Positions 47,643 through 52,284 of a stretch of DNA of 52,284 nt are shown here, one piece after another. The notes under the pieces are model-generated. The model ran no database searches, was not told the origin of the DNA, and worked only from the letters and a program-made list of their open reading frames with translations. A program made the translations under genes and the position numbers. Each line of letters starts with the position of its first letter. Within the stretch, counting starts at the first letter, position 1. This DNA comes from Patescibacteria group bacterium (GTDB lineage Bacteria > Patescibacteriota > Microgenomatia > UBA8517): positions 1 to 52,284 of the forward strand of contig JBHPHS010000003.1 in NCBI GenBank assembly GCA_042571305.1, in the 5' to 3' direction.

Positions 47643-47687
47643 CTTCAAAAAACTGTACTAAATCGTTCGAACCCAGTTAGAATATAA
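47643..47687. repeat. Second repeat family, copy 2
   Basis: CTTCAAAAAACTGTACTAAATCGTTCGAACCCAGTTAGAATATAA. Confidence 0.85.
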
Positions 47688-47744
47688 GCTTCGAAGCCTG
47701 TTTTTTTATTGCCGAAAATATGTTTGATGTAGTAGTAACTATTT

Positions 47745-48965
47745 TTACTTACTTGCGAAAAATTCTTTAACCAAAGGGTAGGCAGCCGTATCATAAATCT
47801 TCCCAGCCCCCAACAAACTATGAACTGTAAATCCAACTGCACTATTGCCATATTTGTCAAAAGCTGTTAGTCCCACCTTGTAAAGTTCTTCTATTGAATA
47901 ATCTGTTTTTACCTCACCAAACATTTGCATTTGATCACTTGCATTATTAACCATAAACTCCGCCCCTATCCACGGAATCCCATATTCTTTGGACATCTTT
48001 CTCGCCTGTACGCTAGATAGTTGCACATCTCTAGTAACTTGTTCTGGACTAGGAGCACGGCCACAAGCAGTAACTCCAAATATATCAGCATTGACCAGCG
48101 ATACACCTTCATAATTACTCCAATTGCTAAATCCTCCCATTTTATACATCACCTTGCCTGAGTATAGTTTTCTAATTTGAGGCACCACTCTCGCATAAAA
48201 GGCATTCATTACTTCCCGCGTTTTTTCTACTGGATAATTATTGGAGTCCATAATCGCTTCTATCTGATTAACCGGCACAAAGTAATCAACATTATATTTT
48301 TCAGCTATTGGAGCTAGCTCTAAAGAAACCGCCTCAAGTCTTCTTGACAAATCTTCAGGTGTAATATTATGTTCCTCCATCCCTCCATCCTCAAACTGAA
48401 CATAATCAGGGAACAAAACTACAGATAAGCCTTGCTGTTTAGCCAATAAAATATTATGAACCAAAGCCCGTTTTGATTTATCTTGACTGTAATCTCTTGG
48501 TTTATCATAGCCCAAATACCACAGCTTCAGTTCTCCCTCCCTAAGCCAATAATTAGCATGAATAAATTGTGTGTTCACTCCCAAGTCAGCCAGTACATCA
48601 GAAAAATACAATACTTCAATCAAATTCGGTAAAGTTCCATAAGTTTGTGTAGCTTTTATATAAGTGGGATATTTTCTTGTTAGCGATTCATTCATTTTGT
48701 CTAACTTTTTCCAACTAGGAACCTTATAATCAAGTTTTACAAAAGTCTCATGGTCATTATTATCTACATTTTCCGAAATCCAGGCTTTCCTGGCTTCAGG
48801 ATCTTCTGGTGGGGGGCCAACAGTATTTGCCAAAAAACTACCAGGCAGATCCCCTGGTCCAAATAAAAAATTTCCACCAACTAAAATAACCACTCCAATC
48901 AAAATAACAACAACAATCAGCCCTAAATGAACAAAACCTTTTTTATTAGCAGTATTTTTAACCAC
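47745..48965 (-). CDS. Membrane-anchored glycoside-hydrolase-like (TIM barrel) protein
   Basis: KGF..L N-terminal TM; LGVNT, AKQQGLSVVLFP, AEKYNVDYFVPVNQIE, IRKLYSGKV, PWIGAEF resemble clan-A/GH113-like folds. Confidence 0.55.
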   Translation of the reverse strand: MVKNTANKKGFVHLGLIVVVILIGVVILVGGNFLFGPGDLPGSFLANTVGPPPEDPEARKAWISENVDNNDHETFVKLDYKVPSWKKLDKMNESLTRKYPTYIKATQTYGTLPNLIEVLYFSDVLADLGVNTQFIHANYWLREGELKLWYLGYDKPRDYSQDKSKRALVHNILLAKQQGLSVVLFPDYVQFEDGGMEEHNITPEDLSRRLEAVSLELAPIAEKYNVDYFVPVNQIEAIMDSNNYPVEKTREVMNAFYARVVPQIRKLYSGKVMYKMGGFSNWSNYEGVSLVNADIFGVTACGRAPSPEQVTRDVQLSSVQARKMSKEYGIPWIGAEFMVNNASDQMQMFGEVKTDYSIEELYKVGLTAFDKYGNSAVGFTVHSLLGAGKIYDTAAYPLVKEFFASK

Positions 48966-49050
48966 TTTACTAACTCAGTATATGAATATTTATTTATCTT
49001 TGTAAAGTATCATTACTTTTAATATATTAAACATAGCCGTCTATTCGGTT

Positions 49051-50454
49051 ATGTTATATTGTGGAGTTATAATGTCCCATATGAGGATTGGCAGATTTGA
49101 CGGGAAGAAAATATTAATAATTCACTTTAGGGTGGGTCGAACAGACGGGGTCTCCATTGAAATTGCCTCCTGGAAAAAGATTCTTGAGGGGTTAGGCGCG
49201 GAAGTCAAGCTTTGTTCAGGCTCCGTAAACAGTGGTGCTGATTTTGTTATTGATGACCTTGAGCAGCAATTAAATGTCAAGATTTTTGATTTGGATGAGA
49301 ATTCTTTTGGTGGTTTTAAAACCTACAATGAGGAAACGTTTACAAAAACCCTTTTGGAAGAACAGCTTGTTTTGGAAGAGGGGTTTTCCATGGTTTTTGA
49401 GTCTTACAAACCGGACCAGTTAATTGTTTCTAATATTTTTTCGGTTGGGGAAAATCTGCCTGCAGCAGGAGCATTAACAAAAGTTCTGGATAAGTTTCAA
49501 ATTCCCACTCTAGCAGTTCACCACGATTTTTATTGGGAAAACCAAAGATACAAAAAATCCTCATCTTATTTGGTTAGCGAACAGTTAAAGAAATACTTTC
49601 CCCCTAAAAGGAGATGGATTAAGCACTGCTGTATTAATACGATTGCTCAGGATGAACTTTGGAGGCGAAAGGGTATTAGAGGAGATGTTCTTTATGATAC
49701 ACAGGATTTTACCAAACCTTCCTGGAAGAAGAATAACCTCAATCATCGTCTGATAGAAAAATTCAAAATTGATGAAAATGATATTTTAGTGCTTCAAGCA
49801 ACCCGCATAGTCAGACGCAAAAACATAGAAATTGCGATCAGCTTTGTTGACGCCCTGACCAAAAAACTTAACTCATTAAGTAGGAAAATAACTCTTTATG
49901 ACAATCGAAGGTTTGTGCCAAAAAAACAACAGGCGGCTCTCATAATTGCAGGATATGCAGAAGAGCGGGACAAGAAATACCTTGAGCAGCTTAAAAAATA
50001 CGCTACTGATAAAAAAGTTAAGGTATATTTCATTGGTGATTCCATTAAAACACAAAGTAAGGGCAATGGAGCTAAATTTAGTCTTTGGGATATTTATCCT
50101 TATGCGGATTTAATTACATATCCTAGTGAGCATGAGGGTTTTGGAAACCAATTTTTAGAGGCCACTTTTGCTAAAAAGCCTGTTGTTATCTTCGAGTACC
50201 CAGTTTTTGTTAAAGACATTAAACCTAAAGGTTTTGAAGTAGTTAGTTTTGGGCGAAAGGTTTCCTATAAATCGGATTCGGGAATGGCCATGATTCCTCA
50301 AGAAGTTTTGCAGGGAGCGGTTGAACAGTCTCTAGAGGTTTTGACCAATAGTAGAAAACATTATAAATTGGTTAACAATAATTTTATTATTGGAAGACTG
50401 AATTTTTCCCACGAAAATACCTGTAAGAAATTTATGTCTCTTTTAGATTTTTAG
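49051..50454 (+). CDS. GT4-family glycosyltransferase (mannosylglucosylglycerate-synthase-like)
   Basis: GRTDGVSIE, HHDFYWE, LQATRIVRRKNIE, TYPSEHEGFGNQFLE. Confidence 0.85.
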   Translation: MLYCGVIMSHMRIGRFDGKKILIIHFRVGRTDGVSIEIASWKKILEGLGAEVKLCSGSVNSGADFVIDDLEQQLNVKIFDLDENSFGGFKTYNEETFTKTLLEEQLVLEEGFSMVFESYKPDQLIVSNIFSVGENLPAAGALTKVLDKFQIPTLAVHHDFYWENQRYKKSSSYLVSEQLKKYFPPKRRWIKHCCINTIAQDELWRRKGIRGDVLYDTQDFTKPSWKKNNLNHRLIEKFKIDENDILVLQATRIVRRKNIEIAISFVDALTKKLNSLSRKITLYDNRRFVPKKQQAALIIAGYAEERDKKYLEQLKKYATDKKVKVYFIGDSIKTQSKGNGAKFSLWDIYPYADLITYPSEHEGFGNQFLEATFAKKPVVIFEYPVFVKDIKPKGFEVVSFGRKVSYKSDSGMAMIPQEVLQGAVEQSLEVLTNSRKHYKLVNNNFIIGRLNFSHENTCKKFMSLLDF

Positions 50455-50486
50455 GCCATGCCTCGGTCTTGTTAGTAACTTTCCAG

Positions 50487-51014
50487 TTAGTAATTAATAC
50501 TAGGATTTCCCTTCATGGCATCTAAATCCACGAGGTTAACTTCGGCTGGTACGTCAAACTCTGCATCCGTAACTGCTGTTGGAAGACAGGTGTAACCACC
50601 AGGAACACTTCCTTCAGCTTGTTCCCACAGATCATAAGTTTCCTCTTCAAAGCAAGTTTTCATACCTTGGTTATCTTTATCCGACCAGGTATACATGCAG
50701 TTATCCTTCATAATCACAGTTCCAACCTCTCCATCTTGCATTGTAATCTTGCCTTTATACATTTTGCCCTTGACAATCCCTGAGTACTTAGCTCCACCTG
50801 CTTCGTAAGTACATTTCATAGGAACCCCCAACGCAACAGCTGCCTTAAGAGATCCTGTAAATGGATTGCTTTCGGAGACTTTTTGAGTCAAACTATCTAC
50901 TCCTGAACCACCACTTCCCTTTAGAAAAAACCAAACCGCTCCCGCGGCTGCTATAACCAAAATGATGACAATTAATTGTTTTCCTTTCACATTAATCACC
51001 CCCTCCGCATACAT
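50487..51014 (-). CDS. Membrane-anchored hypothetical protein
   Basis: N-terminal TM; GVPMKCTY, CMYTW, GMKTC, EFDVP. Confidence 0.7.
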   Translation of the reverse strand: MYAEGVINVKGKQLIVIILVIAAAGAVWFFLKGSGGSGVDSLTQKVSESNPFTGSLKAAVALGVPMKCTYEAGGAKYSGIVKGKMYKGKITMQDGEVGTVIMKDNCMYTWSDKDNQGMKTCFEEETYDLWEQAEGSVPGGYTCLPTAVTDAEFDVPAEVNLVDLDAMKGNPSINY

Positions 51015-51118
51015 AATAGTATTTAAATGATTCAGTTTGCAACAGCGGCATGGGTTTCTGGAAAGTAAGTTCTGAAACCGTCCTTATAAGCGAGCTAGGT
51101 TTAAAGTATAATTGTTGT

Positions 51119-51280
51119 ATGAGAAAGGGTTTGATTATACTCCTAATCTTGTTGGTCATTTGGTTGTTTGTAAGGTTTGTAATAGGTGGATCTGAGGACG
51201 ATTGGATTTGTGTGGAAGGAAAATGGATAAAACACGGGCAGCCCACAGCTCTAATGCCAGAGGAAGAGTGTGATAATTAG
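51119..51280 (+). CDS. Small membrane-anchored protein
   Basis: ATG 51119, 6 nt after TATAAT; TM then EDDWICVEGKWIKHGQP. Confidence 0.65.
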   Translation: MRKGLIILLILLVIWLFVRFVIGGSEDDWICVEGKWIKHGQPTALMPEEECDN

Positions 51281-51342
51281 AACCTAGGAAGGAATGACAC
51301 AGTTTCTAACTTCGTCTAGTGCGGGAACCGAATCGCTTGTGT

Positions 51343-51798
51343 TTAAACCTTTTTCTTTTTTGAAATTACTTTTTTGACTTTTGGAGCTTTAGGTTTTTTC
51401 TCTTCAGCTTCATTGCTAACGGGTACAAATACTTCTGACACTTTTGGTTCCAATAAGTTTAACAACTTGTCAAGTTTGGCATTAATGGCTTCAAGCTGTT
51501 GTTTATTTTGATCTGATCTTGGAGCAGGTCTAAAACTTGACCTGCCTGGACTATCTGACCTTCTGTCACCTGTTTTTTCGAAACAATCACTGCAGTAAAC
51601 CGGCTTGCCGCTTGTTGGTTTGAAAGGTACTTCACAATCTTTCCCGCAGTTGCTGCATGTTGCTTGGTGCATCTGATGATCTCCTCCTCGAGAAAATCCA
51701 CCACCACGCCCGCCCCTGTCATCACGACCATAATTTGGCCGTCTCCTGGGTGAAAAGCTTCCACTCCTATTATCTCTTCCAAAATTTCCCATTATCAA
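51343..51798 (-). CDS. CxxC-x17-CxxC domain protein
   Basis: MHQATCSNCGKDCEVPFKPTSGKPVYCSDCF with RGG-rich N-terminus. Confidence 0.92.
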   Translation of the reverse strand: MIMGNFGRDNRSGSFSPRRRPNYGRDDRGGRGGGFSRGGDHQMHQATCSNCGKDCEVPFKPTSGKPVYCSDCFEKTGDRRSDSPGRSSFRPAPRSDQNKQQLEAINAKLDKLLNLLEPKVSEVFVPVSNEAEEKKPKAPKVKKVISKKKKV

Positions 51799-51811
51799 AG
51801 TATAACATGCC

Positions 51812-52284
51812 TTAAGGATTAAAACTTAAGGATATTGATTTTGGGTATTTATCAAGCTTTTTTAGTTTTTTACCAACTATAGCTTTGGCTATTTTAGTCT
51901 TTTTGTTTTCTCTATTTTGGTACTTCTGCCAGGCTTGAAATTTTTCCTTAGTTTGGTGCATTGTGCCTGTACAGAGTTTACTTCCACAGCTGCAACCGTG
52001 GGTGCAAGGACTACAATTTTTGTCTTTTGGAGGAAGTAGGTATGAAATTGTCAGCTCTTCTCCCTTTTTGATATTTCTTAATGCAAAAAATAAGCTATGT
52101 CCACAATATCTATAAATCCAACAATTCGGTTCACAGGAGTGATTAAAAAGATGAATATCAGGTTTTTGAAGATTGGGATAAATACAAAGCTCATCTGAGT
52201 AATATATTAAGTAAAGACCGTCTTTGTCTTTATCTAAATCGTACTGGGAAGTTTTTAAAACTTTTCCCAAGTAATCACCAATTA
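51812..52284 (-). CDS. SET-domain protein with post-SET motif, 5' end outside window
   Basis: NHSCEPN, ALRNIKKGEELTISY, CSCGSKLCTG; frame open to the window edge (IGDYLGKV). Confidence 0.9.
   Translation of the reverse strand, partial: IGDYLGKVLKTSQYDLDKDKDGLYLIYYSDELCIYPNLQKPDIHLFNHSCEPNCWIYRYCGHSLFFALRNIKKGEELTISYLLPPKDKNCSPCTHGCSCGSKLCTGTMHQTKEKFQAWQKYQNRENKKTKIAKAIVGKKLKKLDKYPKSISLSFNP

Larger units (their letters stand above)
36591..51330 (+). repeat. Dispersed 29-bp direct repeat GTTCCTCACATAGTCCACAAGAGCGAGCT separating gene cassettes
   Basis: Near-full copies start at 36591, 37608, 37947, 38274, 38995, 40378, 41445, 42358, 43265, 44303, 44930, 45564, 46126, 46520, 47188; half copy 39486; divergent copies 40719, 41840, 51068, 51302. 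All same orientation. Confidence 0.97.

Overview
AT-rich bacterial chromosome segment spanning the replication origin. Gene content (compact jag-yidC-yidD-rnpA-rpmH / dnaA-oriC-dnaN block, VirB4/PrgI/VirB6-like locus with 8 tandem VirB2-type pilins, -10 boxes directly ahead of start codons, intron-split tRNA-Asn, tRNA-Arg(GCG)) points to Patescibacteria/CPR, probably Microgenomates (inference). 1-35.5 kb is mostly core: oriC, T4SS-like/pilin locus, tmRNA-smpB, comF, five tRNAs, dnaG, rpoD, a LAGLIDADG-like gene. tRNA-Asn(GTT) at 35547-35810 is split by a 189-nt group I intron. The main result lies downstream of that tRNA: about 15.5 kb of short unrelated accessory genes, mostly one per unit, separated by about 20 same-orientation copies of a 29-bp element (consensus GTTCCTCACATAGTCCACAAGAGCGAGCT). 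The element resembles the tRNA 3' end around a GAGC core, a right-arm motif seen after some copies also follows the tRNA itself, and the minus strand shows peptide-like conservation (LALVDYVRN-[WLYF]-[FL]-short-stop). This looks like an integron-analogous, tRNA-anchored gene-cassette array built by repeated site-specific integration; no integrase is visible in the window. All counts and alignments were done by eye.
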